Positions 30,691 through 50,682 of a stretch of DNA of 64,000 bases are shown here, in pieces (position 1 is the stretch's first letter; each line of letters opens with the position of its first letter). The DNA is from the human T2T-CHM13v2.0 reference genome, Homo sapiens, in NCBI RefSeq assembly GCF_009914755.1, contig NC_060933.1; one strand, written 5' to 3'. The notes under the pieces were generated by a model. The model ran no database searches. It saw nothing but the letters and a program-made list of their open reading frames with translations, and was not told where the DNA came from. Position numbers and translations under genes: made by a program.

Positions 30691-30759
30691 AGGCAGAAAA
30701 TTCAGTTTACACTGCATACATTTCTCCTCGTGACCTCTCACTCAAACCTCCACAAAGCT

Positions 30760-31212
30760 GCTTAGCATGATCATGTTAAAACTGAAAATCAGATCAGGTT
30801 ACTCCTCTGCACAAACCCCTTCTTTGTCTTTTCCTCTCTAAGAATGAAGTCTGACATCCTTGCTAGGGCCTGCAGGACCCTGGGTTCTGCTCCCACTTGG
30901 ACTTCATCACCTAACAAGTAACCCCATTTCTTTCCTCATTCTTCCCGGCTTGTTATGCTAGTAGATCACATTATTTAAGCCCTTCTCAAATATCTGGCCT
31001 CCCGCAGGTTGATCTTCTATCTCATCCCTTTTGAACTCCTTATGCTTATTACATATTTATTAATATTAAGGCGCTTATTATCTGTTTTTCCGTGCTAGAA
31101 TGTAAACTCCATGAAGGTATGGACTTTGTTTTATTCCAATATCCTAAATGCCTAGAAAGGATATGTGATACCTAGTAGGTGTTCATTAAATATTTATTGA
31201 ATAAATAAATGG
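30760..31212 (+). mobile_element. L2a 3' end
   Basis: CTAGAATGTAAACTCCATGAAGG..TAGTAGGTGTTCATTAAATATTTATTGAATAAATAAATG. Confidence 0.8.
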
Positions 31213-31487
31213 CTGCTTAAAATAATACTAATGTGAGTTACAGCAAGAATATGTTACAATTAAGAAGATTAAATAGTATGAGACTATGTGTGGGAGTATA
31301 TGCATATGTAAAAATAAAAAAAAGAGAGTGACAGATAAAGGGAAGCAGTCTATATGGAGCTAGTTCTACTTATAAAGAGGTCCACTGTAACCTGGAATAA
31401 TCTTTATTTTTCACCAACAGTCCCATGATCCTGCACCCACCTGCCTCAACTACCGCATGTTCACGCAAATAAAAATATGTTACTGAG

Positions 31488-31541
31488 TAAATGAACTGTA
31501 TCTGGGCGAATAAATGAACTGTATCTGGGCAAATAAATGAA
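31488..31541. repeat. 23-bp tandem duplication (about 2.3 copies)
   Basis: TAAATGAACTGTATCTGGGC(G/A)AA twice, then TAAATGAA. Confidence 0.95.
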
Positions 31542-32342
31542 TCAAATACTTATAAAAGAACATGATTCCTGATCTCATTTAATAATGAAGTTAATTTCAA
31601 CAACTACATTATTTTTAGCTCTACAACGCTGTAATTCTAACTAATCTAAGAAAATCACTTACATATTCCTCATGTTTCAAAGGCTGCATTGATCACTCAT
31701 GGTTTGGTTAAGAAAATGGAATCAGGTCTATGTATTCCAGTTACAAAGGGTTTTAGTATAAGAGACAAGAGGTTTAGGAAAAGCTTAGAAAGCAAAAGTG
31801 TGTGAAGCCACTACTGATTTACTCAGCCTGAAGCTCTGAATCATGTGGTTCTCATGGATGTCCCAGGAAGCTGTTGCAATTCTCAAAAATTGCTGGGAAA
31901 TTCCCACCAACGATTTCAGTCTGTGGCAGCAAAAGGGTGGTTGTCAAGAGCTTACCAAAAAGTCCCCATGAATCAAATCCCACATGTCTGGATAGACCTT
32001 CCGGAGAATAATGACCTCTCTTTCCCTTCTGCTCTAAGCCTCATGCAAGTGCCTCTCATCGGCAAACACTATGTTTCATGGAGGGTGTTTGGAAATTATT
32101 GCTCCTGCCTCTCCTCCAAAATAGAGAAGAAATCTTCGAGGGAGATGGTGGTGATGCTGATTTGACAATGAGTAGTCTGTCTGATGGGCTGCTTTTAATG
32201 GCACATATTTTTATGAGTGAGAGATGAAAACATCAACTAGTTACCTCTTCTGAATAAGATCCTTCCAGCTACTTGAAAATTTATAAATACCTTCATCATT
32301 TTTCTCTAAGTGTATACACATGTGTTTGTGCAGGTACTAGGT

Positions 32343-32661
32343 CAGAAGTTATAAACTAGCTAGGTACTATGATTTTTCTTTTTATGACTTACACACAATC
32401 TTTTTTTTTTTGGTCATTTGAGCTGATATTTACAAATTGGAAAATCTTGCTTGTAAATCTGGATTTATGGCTTTTCCTAAAAAAATTGGAAATCAGCCAT
32501 GATGTTTGGATTTAAATATCCATTGTTCTTTAGACACAGCTTGCGCTCACACGTTTTTCCCAGCTCGTCACCTCTCAGAATGTTTTTTGCACCTAGTTCC
32601 GTTTGCTCATTGACATCACGACCTCCCTAGGCCCTAGAGACTTTAGAGTTTGTAACCTCTG
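32343..32661. mobile_element. hAT-Charlie MITE (MER102-like)
   Basis: Terminal inverted repeats CAGAAGTTATAAACT / AGTTTGTAACCTCTG (13/15) and CTAG-centred flanks. Confidence 0.65.
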
Positions 32662-34689
32662 CTCTAGAATGTGAAGGAGAAAATAATCAAGACTTTCATG
32701 TAGTTTCAATATGCTTAATGCTTTGTCAGGAAATATTTTTATGAGCTATTAGCTATGTCTGAAGCACATTTTCCCCCAAAGTCATGTTTCCTATGCATAT
32801 TGTCACCCCATAAGTTAGGAACATTTTCAGTAACATTTTACAGTGTTGAATTTCATATATTTTTTAAAAATTAAATTTTTTTGACAAAAGTAGCTGTACA
32901 CCCCATAAACTAAAAAACCGTAACAGTCCTATTGATAGTGAGGTTGTTCATTACACTTGTGACCCATGCCACTTAAATTCATGGTTTAGCAAAATACCAG
33001 TTACTGTAGATCATGGACATTTTGTGTCACTGAAAAGTAGACAAAATCATGACAGTTACATGTACAAAAGTCAAAAGGTACACATGTACTTTTTTATGTG
33101 TCTCTTCATGTTTATAAACATGTCGTTACATCACAGACACAAACGCACACACACACACACACACACGCACATATTTCTCATATCCTTTTCCCACTCCCTC
33201 ACATATAACAAAAATTAGTTCTAGGTGATAATAAACTGAAAGTCACCCTGACATTTTGAACTTCCAAGAAAAATCAGAAATCAATGCAATCATAAGGCAA
33301 CTTGCTATGAAAATAATACAAAAATAAGCTTTAGAGATATGTGCTAAATAGGAAATAAGCAAACAAATAAAGGAAGCTAATTGCCTCAGCAGGAGAGGTA
33401 TAAATTAAACTTTGAGCTTCATGTTCTGAGAGTCAGGCCTGGGTTGAAGTCAGGTGAAAAAATACCTTGTCACCAAAAGTGATTATAGACTATTCAGGTA
33501 ATTTGGAAGCCTGAAGTCAGAGGGCTGGAAATGTACATATTCAAAAATACTTAAACTTTGGAAAGTTTTATAAATAACATGCAGCTGTCCAGCAATATGT
33601 ATAATGTCTGCCAACTATATAAAGTCTCCACGAATTCTGTTTTGGTTTGGCATTCAGTATAGAAAAATAATATATCTGTTCCTTGTTTTCCACTTGTAGG
33701 CGACTACATTTGAGTGTTCTATATACAAGTCCTTGTTCTTCCCCATGACTGACATTCAAATACCAGAAATGACAAGTTATTGGCGATTGTGGAGAATAAA
33801 AATTCATTTATGTCTATAAATATCCAAGAGTTGTTTAGTTAGGAGGAAACAGATGACCTAACAGAAGACTAAATCTTGGCAAGTTGACTTTCATTGGCTG
33901 AACTCTGCCAATTTCATTCTAGCCAGCTGGTTTCCTCTAATCCTCTCCTGTTCCTTCTGTTTGAGTGATTTCGTAGGGTTTTTTTATGCCACATGCATCC
34001 ATCACCACCTCCAAACAAAGAGCATGCTGGGTGAGAACAAAGCACAAATGAGAAGTATGAGGGGTTCACTCTACTGGAGATGAGGCCAAGGAAACTCAGC
34101 AAGAAATTCACACATTCATAACTACAAGTTAGTGACAATACAGAAAATTAAATTTAAGAGGGAGCCCCAGATCCTTTATTCTTGCAGTTTAGTTAACTGG
34201 ACAGCTGGAAGCTCTCCAAATGACCTTTAGTTCAACCTAAATTATGTCATTCTTTCTGTGCTCAGAGAATCAGAGCTGAGGGGCAAGGAGTCCACAGAGG
34301 AAGACTTGTAGAGTGACAGGAAGCTTGCCCAGTTTGCATAAGGCAGTGAATTAGTTTGAGTCAATTAAGTTCATAATTTATTTCTTTTTAAGGATTCCAT
34401 TTTTTTTTTCAAAATAGCCCTTTCCTTTAAATTTCATTCTAATGAAACATTCAAGTAAAGGTTTGATTACAATTAAAGTTTTCCTTCTAAGGGCTATTAT
34501 TTGAGAGTGCCTTCTCAAATAAAGTTGGTGGGGTGAGACTGGAGGAAGAAAGAGAGAGGGAGGCACATGGGAAAACCCAACCCAGGTGCAGGATGAAGCC
34601 GAGGACCTAAAGAAAACCTGGAAGCACTATGAAGCAGGTATAAATCCAGCCTGTCTGTTCTAATTCCTGAGAAGGAAGGGCCAAAAGAA

Positions 34690-34960
34690 CGGAGAGAAAA
34701 CAGAAACAGTTATTTGATGGATGTTATACATTTAGGTTCTGTAATTACATGGGAAGTTGATTTATCACGGTGTCCTTGCATCAGTGAAACGTCAGAGGCG
34801 AGACACATGTGTGGCCTCATCAGAGGAGAAATTGTTTTTAGGAAGCTCTGGCTTTGCAATCTGGAAACGACAAGAATAACATGAGGTTAACGTTATTACT
34901 TTCTGAGAACTTTCAAAGCAATTAATGCATGAAATTAGACATGTAAAGAAGTGGAGAAAG
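34690..34960. promoter_or_regulatory. Candidate enhancer with paired PBX-HOX-type sites
   Basis: TGATGGAT, TGTAATTACA, TGATTTAT and ACACATGTGT within 100 bp; motif evidence only. Confidence 0.3.
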
Positions 34961-35042
34961 GGAGAAATTCAAGTACGATAAGCAAAACTGGCAACTTGGA
35001 GAATCAAAATAATCTGTAAGTGTTTCTGAGACTGTTTTTGCT

Positions 35043-35093
35043 TAACTCAGAGGCCAAACATTCTTGCTAACTCAGAGGCCAAACATTCTTGCT
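35043..35093. repeat. Perfect 25-bp tandem duplication
   Basis: TAACTCAGAGGCCAAACATTCTTGC x2. Confidence 0.97.
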
Positions 35094-36096
35094 TTCACTC
35101 TACTAATACACAGTAGGCTTTCTCATCTGGCATATGTTCACTCCATGTACCACAGATAAAGATTCTTAAAATGTTTCATGATTTTTCTTGTCCTTCACAA
35201 GATGTTAATGCCTGGACTCTCTTGCTTTTAATTATTGTTCATATTAGAAAATTAAAATATTTATCAAGACCTATACAATCAAGTTAAGCCAAGTTGTCTG
35301 TGTAAACAAAGCTTTAACAAACAAATCGTCTTTAGACAAAAATATCTTGAAAAATATACAAACAACTTTGAAAGTAAACAAGTAGCCTCAACTAATATTA
35401 AAAACCTCCATTTCTTTGCTTGAAAAATACAAATAGAAAACACATACATACACTTATATACACATGCTTATGCACCCATGTGGATACACACAGAGATGTG
35501 ATAAGTGTTTAGATAGAGCTGAATATCAAAGGCTACAGATTGACCTCTGTCTCCCTCTGCTCCCCTTGCATTATTCTCAGGCTGAATACTGCATTATTTT
35601 GATGGCTTATGGACATTTTAATCAGTGTCAGATCATTCAGCCAATGATATAGGCATGGAGGACGTAGTCATAGTGTCTTATTTTCATTAGGAATCTAATG
35701 ATTTTGAGCGCATGATGTTTCAAATCTCAATGAGAATGATGATAAGCTAAGGGCTACTTCTATGTTTTTTTGCATCAGAATGAAAATGCCCTGGGAAATA
35801 ACGTAATATCCACCTTTGATGACTTCATTACAGTTGATTCTAAAGCCATAGTTAAGTAATAATGATTGGGTCATATATTATTAGTAGTAGTAGCAGTATT
35901 ATGATTGTCCCCCTAAAAGCATTTTTCAAAGGCCAGAGAACAATGACTGTCAAGTTAGCCAAAATTCATTCAAGTTGATTTCATTTGAGGATTACCAGCA
36001 AAGTAAATTTTGAAACCTTTGCTATTAATTGATAAAACTTAATTCTAATGAGCAAGGAGTAGCACCTAGCCTCAGCTAATTACACAAGGCTTTTTA

Positions 36097-36523
36097 CAGT
36101 GGTGTGCTAATGCCAGTTCACAGCAGCTCCCTTGAAAAAGCAATTGCTAAAGTTTTCATAAATTTTGAGAAACAGTTCTTTTAAAATTTAAATTATATAA
36201 ACTTACAAGCAAATAAGTTATATTAAAACAATAAATTCTCAAAATGTATTGCTTACTAATTCACTACATTTTACTATTGTCTGTGCTTTTGGGGTCATCT
36301 CTATCTGCACACATAATTTATGTTTACATCTGAATGGAGGAAATATTATGTAATATGCTGCATAACATCTCCTCCCAGCTCTGTATTCAGTGAAGTCCCA
36401 TTAGTATGTTGAAGGTGGCCATGGTGGTATTTACATTAAGGAAAGGACAATGGCACCAATCACGGTTTTTTACTTTTTATATTCTTTTGGAGGTCAAGCT
36501 ATTAAACATTTATCACATCACTT
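36097..36523 (+). mobile_element. MER63-like hAT-Blackjack element
   Basis: CAGTGGTGTGCT start, AAATTATATAAACTTACAA internally, TTAAACATTTATCACATCACT end. Confidence 0.7.
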
Positions 36524-37919
36524 ATTTGAGTGTCTCTAATATACATATAGACCCTTCTTCTTTTTAATATTCTTGTCTATTTGGGGCTTTTAACTTGTGG
36601 AAGTTAAATTGTTCACTTTGTATTTATTTATCCTTGTTTTCTAACTCTGTCTTTTCTCTAATACCTGACTGCAGTGTTATAGGACAAATAATGAAGTGTG
36701 GGATAATAGAATAGCATGTCTACCCTAGATGAGGCAGTGAGAAGTTTTGCCCGTTCAAGTCATTTTCCACCTCTCTTCTGTTTGCAGTGCCCAGAGGTTG
36801 TTGCAAATGAAAGTTATGTTTTCACTGTTGGAAAACTGGTTGACAAAATCACTTCAGGCCCCCGCTGTTTGCAATACACACTCTGACAAATATGCTGGTT
36901 AAGAAAAGAATTATTTCCAACTTACTCCCTTTGGCAGGTAAAAACAAAGACGAAAGTTGGCGTCTAACTACATATGTGTTTCTATGTTTTGTTTGTTTGC
37001 TTGTTGTGGTAATGTGAAACTAGAAGTTGATTCATTTGCATTTCCTTTAGATCTCAATAGAAGGCATCTGAATAAATTATTTGATAAAATAAATCAAATA
37101 ATACATAAAATATGGCACTCTGGGCCATGGATACATCCTCTTCCCCTTGTCAAACTTGCAAAACACCTACAACTGTTGTTAGTAGCCAATAAAAAAAAAA
37201 CTGGCTGATTTTGACAGGAAAAAACAGTTAAAAATGACTGAATTGCTCTCAGAATCACCAGGAGGGTTGGAGGACTCGCCACAGGGATACAAAGCCAGGA
37301 AAAGAAATATACCTGAACATACTCCATGTGCACAACCAAATGCTATTTGCTATTGGTTTTTTTGTTGACACCTTGAGCATTAAACACTGGATGTTATGCT
37401 TAGTACCACTATCATCATCCTTATTAACCACCACCATGACTAGAACAATCCATTGTGTTCCTTGTTTCTTTTCCCTGTTGGATCCTGGTTACACATTTGG
37501 AAATGTGCATTTAATTGATACAACTTAACAAATGCCCAATTTCAGTCATGAAGGAGGCTAGAAAATGTGGTATTTGGCCTTCTCAGCATCTATAGAGGGA
37601 TATCTTCATAATATGCGAAGTTACTCCAGCATAGATAAACAGCAGAGATACTGAGTTGTCAAAAAATTTGCAATCGTCCACAGCATTCTCTTAATTCTTC
37701 TGCTACATGGAGAAGCTCAGATCATTTCAATCCCATCTTTTTTATACCTGCTGTTTTGTTCCCTGCTATATGGCATATGGTGGAAACCAATTCCAAGAGC
37801 CCTGGAGACATTGCACCTGCACGTCCTGCACCTAAGTGATGTTTTTACTCTTGAGAAGAAAGAGCAATGTTCTAGCATGCACAGAACATATGCTAATCAG
37901 CTGCACTCTTCAGGCACAA

Positions 37920-38440
37920 ATGAGGATAATGTGTTCATTGTTTAGACACTGGAATTGTTCATTACAAAATGACACAGTGTTTGCCAATTTTGTCTTCATT
38001 ATAAATGTAAATATTAACTGGCGATATGCAAAAGAATACAAAAAGTCAACAGCAATTAATTGGCTTCTGTAGTAATTAGCAACTGTAAGGCAAACACTTA
38101 GGAGCCGTTGTAATTGTCTGCATTAGGAATACACCTCCTGTACAGATCTAATTAGCAATTTAAATAGTTCAGAAATTATATGCCTCTTGCCTTTACACTC
38201 CCTGAAGTACTGTTTGTTCATTAATGGGGGAAAAAATTGCTAGTAAATGTCATTTGCATTGTCTTGCGTTAAGGGCTCTACATCAAAGCCTCTGTTACTG
38301 CCTCATACTGAATAATTCTAAGCCGTGGCTCATGGACCAATACAGCTGTAATTAGGCAATGACGCCTTTGTAAACATGAGGCACGAAACTGATGGGAGCT
38401 TATTTTGCTGTGAGATATTTCCTCCATGATTTATGCTCTA
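37920..38440. promoter_or_regulatory. Candidate conserved non-coding element / homeodomain-rich enhancer
   Basis: Repeat-free; dense TAATTA/TAATTG, FOX, SOX, POU and PBX-HOX motifs; motif evidence only. Confidence 0.45.
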
Positions 38441-38959
38441 AATAATAGGAACTATAATAGGGCCATAGCTAAAACAAGAGATTGAAACTGAGAAATATTG
38501 ACTCTTTGTGGGCCATTGAAGTGGTTGTAAAAAGTAATATCTAAAAGACTCTTCAGAAAGCTTTAGTTGGTTATGTGATTTTAGCAATGAAGTTGATCCA
38601 GATACTGCTAACTGGAGAGACTGTCTTGGTCAAAATTGTGGTCTAAAGATTATGCTATTGGCTGATGGCAAAGTGGGTTTTTATGAAATTTGTGTTATGT
38701 AGTGAGAATTACATATAACACAGGTCCACAATGAAAGTCTAGTATCTAACTCAGGGGTATTAAATTGCAGAGATGCCTCAGTCAAACCTGAGATCTCTGG
38801 TTACCAAAATTTTGATTTGTGCCATTCACATGGTTCCAAGTGAATTCACATAGTTCTGTTGTGGAAGTTGTAAAACAGTAAAAAATAAAATGTCTGGTTG
38901 AGACCTTGGAATTGCAGAGATTGATTTTAGATTCAATTAAAAACTCTTAAAATTGTTTA

Positions 38960-39560
38960 ATCAATTACTTGGAATAATTAAAACATGAATGATTATTAAA
39001 ATTTAACTGGGGATAATGAACAGATCTGAAGTTGGTTTCAAAACAGAAGATAGGAATAAGACTGATGATCTTATAAAAAATAAATGCCTTATAAAAGCCA
39101 CAGTGTGACATGCTTGACAAAAGAAGATAATAAAGTTTTGAGGTATATTAATAGGAATATAGTATACATAAAAAGTTGGATAATAGTCTCATGAATTTGT
39201 CATTGGCTAGATTGTACATTGTAATCAAGTCTGGGTGCCATATATTAACAGGGACAGAAACTAATTGAAACATGTCAAAGAAGGTCAAGCAGAACATAGC
39301 ATCTGAAGACATGTCTCATGTAAAATGGTTGACATTTGTGATGCCATGTGTGAAAAATAACACTTTGATATCTACAGGGCTTCTATATAGAATGGTCATA
39401 GAATTTTTCTGCATGGCCTCACAAGATAGACCTGAGATTAATACAGAAATATCATTTGATGATTTTAGCTTAATATATAAAGAAAAATTTAAACAATTAG
39501 AGTTGTTAGACAGTAAGAATGAGTTGCCTTTTAGATTGTATTCCCCTCGTCCCCTGCTGT
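38960..39560 (+). mobile_element. L3/CR1 LINE fragment
   Basis: AGCCACAGTGTGACATG..TCTGGGTGCCATATATTAACAGGGACA..AACAATTAGAGTTGTT..GAATGAGTTGCCT. Confidence 0.7.
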
Positions 39561-40319
39561 AACTATTTGTTAGTAAAATTTTGCACTGTTACAACCATTA
39601 CTTACAATGGTCTCCAACTATGATAAAGAAAATGTAGGAGGAATACTCATTGCCACCTATTGGTAAAAACAGAGAACTAAAAAGAATTGATTTTTTTTTT
39701 TAATTCTGAAGTCAGAATTTATAAGCAAACAGATAATATTTAGTGCTTATTTTGATAGCTATAAATTAAAATCTGTGAATGGGAGATGTGTTTATATTGC
39801 ACAAGTGACATTTGGATAGAAAGGTCCCTACTTTAAAAATGAAATAAATGTAAATATAAAGACAGGATAACTGTTATATTTAAAAGAATATGATCAACTG
39901 CAACAAAGACCAAAAATGTTAGTAACATATACATCGATCTTTAAGATATAAAACAGTATAAATGGTTATATCATGTCTGTGTACTGTGTAAGATTTTTCA
40001 TTGTTTATTTGTAACATCATAAAAGCACAATATTTTTAAGCTAAAATATTTAGGAACCATCAAAAGATTTTATGAGATGAGTAATGATAGCACTAAAATT
40101 TAATTTCATATTATATAGTCGTTTTGTGATATATTAAAACAAATTAGTTTTGTGCTTATAATTAAATACAAAATATAAGATTTGCTTGTTGTGATTATTA
40201 GATGCGAGTAGAGATGATCTCTGGGAATTTAGCTATGGGACATATTAAATTATGGTATTAATGGACTATTCTATATCAAAAACACAATGGAAATATACAA
40301 ACCTCTTCATAAATATATC

Positions 40320-41410
40320 TTTCATTTTTTTCTCTTATCAACAATTTAGCAAGCACTTGCTATGTGACAGGAACTTGCTAGGAATGGATAATATAGCAGG
40401 CAGTAGATTAAGGTCTAGATCCTGTCTCTTGAGGCTTGCAGTCTAATAAGGAGGTGAGATAGGTGTGAATATTAAACCTGGACAATAAACATAGAAACTG
40501 AATCATTTCAAATAAATGCAAATGTTATTTAAGTAGGGTCATTTAGATAGAGAGTAATAGAGCTGAAAATTTTTGGATTGGGTGGTCTAGGAAAGCCTTT
40601 TGTTCAAAGATAGTATTTGACAAAAGTTGTGTTGAGGAGAAGCCAGCTGTTCAAAAAATCTGGGAGAAGACCATCCCATTCAGAGTAACGAACTGATATG
40701 TAGGCTTTATGTTGACAATAAGCTCCTGTTCAAACAATTGGGAAGAAAAAGAGAAATATGTATGTGCCCAGAATATGAAGTGGATGGAAGAAGAATTTGG
40801 GGAGATAGGCAGTGTAAAGTCTTGTAAAATCTTGTGGGTCAGGCTTAAGAACTTGTGTTTCATTCTAAGGACAATGGGAATTCATTGGTGAATCTTAAAC
40901 TAGATTAAGAATGAGCCAAATTTGTCACCAACCTGCTTTCATAATAAAGTTATATCAAAATAAAGTTACACATATCTGTTTACATTCATCTATTGTCTAT
41001 GGCTGCTTTCATCCTAGTTGGGCACAGTTGAGTACTTGCAACAAAGACCAGATGGCCTATACAGCTTAAAGTGTTTAACTATTTGGTCCTTTGCAAAAAA
41101 AAGTATGCCCACTTCTGAGCTCAAGAGTGATATCTTTTGTACATTTGGGAGTCATATGGTCTGTGCAGAAGGTCTATAGGGGGATATAAAATGATGTCAG
41201 GAGGTTATTAGTAGTCTCTAGGACAGTATTGTATTTTCGACCAGGCTAGAAATAGTGATAACGGGAGAGATGAAGTTATGTGAGAAATGTTAAGGAGATA
41301 GGGCTGAAGATACTTTATAATGGTTTGCATACATAGGTAAAAATAGGAGAGAAAACATAAACAACTCCCAGATTTGGGGCTTGAATACCTGCATGGAGGT
41401 TGATTTATTA
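40320..41410 (-). mobile_element. L2 LINE 3' region
   Basis: TCAACAATTTAGCAAGCACTTGCTATGTGACAGG..ACTCCCAGATTTGGGGCTTGAA. Confidence 0.75.
40905..41120 (+). mobile_element. MER58A-like element inserted in L2
   Basis: TATTGTCTATGGCTGCTTTC..GTTGAGTACTTGCAACAAAGACC..TATTTGGTCCTTTGCAAAAAAA. Confidence 0.7.
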
Positions 41411-41852
41411 TATAAATTATCAATAATTTATAAAACCCTTAGGAATAAGAATTACACTCTACGGGTATGCAAAAAAATGTAGGAAAATAGTTTTTGCATC
41501 ATAATTAATGATAGACAGAAGGGTAGATAGACACACACATTACACACACATATATATTTATATATATATATATTTGTAGTTAAAAGTATATGATGTTGGA
41601 GTTAGATAACACCTGTTAAGCCAAATATTAGCTGAAGGATCTTGCAATAGCTACTTACCATCTCTGAGATGTTTTTAAAAATTAATATACAAAATTAATA
41701 ATAATAATTATAGAGACATAAGATTGTTTTTATAGCTTTATTCTTTATTTTTTAAATAAGATATATATCATAAAATATACTACTTTAACCATTTTAAGTA
41801 TACAGTTCAGTGGCATTAAATACATCTACATTGTTGTACAATCATCACAACT

Positions 41853-42857
41853 AGTGAATTCTTATAATTTTATGTAGCCTCAGCCTCCATTTTGAGTATA
41901 AGCTTGACTTTTTATCACATCAGAAGCAGGGCTTTGTCACCGTTGACACAAGTCCCAATCTCTGCCTCCTCTAGTTCCTCAGGTGCTTGACCTGGAGATC
42001 TACTTTATGAATCTGTCTCCTGGTGACAACCTTCCTCCTTGTATCAAGCAGCTAGATGCAATCTAGTTGACTTGCTCTGCTGACCCCAGCACTCCACGTG
42101 GACGGCATAGATTTACAGCAGTGACCACCTTTCAGTCACTGTGTGACTATAGGAAACTCGTGCCTACTTTTTGTAAACCCACCGATTCCAACTGCCTGCA
42201 GAAAACCTGCTTGGGTAACTTTATTGGGACCCCAATAAAGACTTTGGCAAACAGGTCTCTCTCTCTCTGCCTCCCTCCCTCCCTCCCTCCCTCCCTCTCT
42301 CTCTCTCTCTCTGTCTCTCTCCGCCTCTCCCTCTCTCTCTCCCTCTCTCTCTCTCTCCCTCTTTCTCTCTCCCTCTCCCCACCCACTGATCACATATGCA
42401 AGTCCCAGATGCTTTCCCCCTTCCCATTGGCCCTGTGAGGCATGTTGCTCTCTTACCTCTGGGATCTGTAAGTGATACTCTGCTTCTGTTATCCCAAATG
42501 TTTTGTTTTGTTTTGTTTCATTTTATTTTGTTTGTTTTGTTGTCTCCGATGATACCCAAACCTAACTTCTGTTCTGATCAGCGTTCTCCTATACAGTGGC
42601 TGTCTTGGTAGGAATAAACTGGGCATAGGTCACACAAGAGCCACAAGGGTGTCTGTCAGTTTAAACAGGTTTCCTGTGAGAGGGACACATGATGACAGGT
42701 TGGACATGTAGGCATTGGGCCATTCACCATGATTAAAAAAAAAAAAAACTATCCCATGAAAGACAACCACACACCTGGAGTCCCATCAGGGCAGGGCTAG
42801 AGTTTATAGCCACTCTCTCTAGACAGACTTCAAGACCAAACTAGAGGAAAACCCAAC
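41853..42857 (+). mobile_element. MER54A-like ERVL solo LTR
   Basis: GTGAATTCTTATAATTTTATGT..CAGAAGCAGGGCT..GACCCCAATAAAG..CAAACTAGAGGAAAA. Confidence 0.8.
42256..42382. repeat. CT-rich polypyrimidine microsatellite
   Basis: (CT)n/(CCCT)n, about 125 bp. Confidence 0.95.
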
Positions 42858-43460
42858 CACCACCAAACATCTAGGGAAATTTTTTTCTTTTCCCAAACTT
42901 AAACTGTGTACCCATTAAACAATAATTCTCCACTTCCCCTTTCCTGTAGTCCCTGCCAACCACCATTCTCATCTCCATCTCCAAAAATCTGAGTACTCTA
43001 GGTACTTTATATAAGCAAAATCATATAGTATTTGTATTTTTGTAATTGACTTATTTCACTAAGCAAAAGTCCCTGGAGGTTCATTTATGTTGCAGCATAT
43101 GCCGGAATTTCTTTTCTTTTTAAGGCTGAACAATATTCCATTGTATTTATATATTGCATTTCATTTATCCATTCATCTGTTGATGGACACTAGAGTCAAT
43201 TTTACCATTGGCTCTTGTGAATAATGCTGCTATGAACTCAATTGTACAAATATCAGTGTGAGTCCCTGCTTTTAATTATTTTGGGTCTATATCCAGAAGT
43301 GGAATTACAGGGTTACAAAGTAATTCCATTTTTTTATTTTTGAGGACCCACTATCCTGTTTCTCATAGTGTCTGAACCATTTTCACATTCTCACCAACAG
43401 TGCACAAGGGTTTCAATTTATCCATATCCCCAACCAACACTTATTATTTCCAATTCTTTT

Positions 43461-50110
<6,650 letters not shown>

Positions 50111-50233
50111 CAGTTTCCCTTTGATCACTGCCTTTAAGAAAAGCTCTTCCTACCTGTCAATAATAATCTCAGCTAATAACTCTAAACTTACAAATATAGT
50201 AATATATCAACTATGAAATTAAAAAAGACACAC

Positions 50234-50682
50234 TGGGGTAGGCCAACTTATGCTCCCCACAAAGATGTCCACATCCTAATCTTCAGAATCTGTGAATATG
50301 TTATTTTCCATAGCAAAAGGGACTTTGCGGATGTGCTTAAATTAAGGATCCTGAAATGCAGAGATAATTTATTCTGGATTATGTGTGTGTGCTCAATGTA
50401 ATCTCAAGGGTCTTTATAAGAGGGAGGCAGCAGCATCACAGGCGGCATAGGTGTTGTGACAATGAAAGCAGAAATTGGAGGGATGCCGTCAAAAGCCAAG
50501 GTTGTTGTCTGCCTTGAGAAGCTGAAAATGCAAGGAAAAGAACCAGATTTATTGACACTGTTTTTAACCCCATGAGATTCCTTTTAGACTTATAAACTCT
50601 AGAACCGAAAGAAAATAAATTTTTGTTGTTTTTTTCACTACATTTGTGGTAATTTGTTACACCAGAAATAGAAAACAACCTG
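50234..50682 (+). mobile_element. MLT1D LTR
   Basis: AAAGATGTCCACATCCTAATC..TGTGAATATGTTA..AAAAGGGACTTTGC..TTTGTGGTAATTTGTTACA. Confidence 0.85.

Larger units (their letters stand above)
41745..43444 (-). mobile_element. L1MB-type 3' half (ORF2 end and 3'UTR), interrupted by MER54A
   Basis: TTTTAAGTATACAGTTCAGTGGCATTAA..TTTAAGGCTGAACAATATTCCATTGT..CACCAACAGTGCACAAGGGTTTCAATTT. Confidence 0.85.

Noticed and set aside
31730-32170. Possible ancient LTR
   Set aside because: LTR-like composition, but I could not assign a family or termini.
42067-42438. ER/GR-rich and LS-rich ORFs
   Set aside because: Translations of a CT microsatellite.
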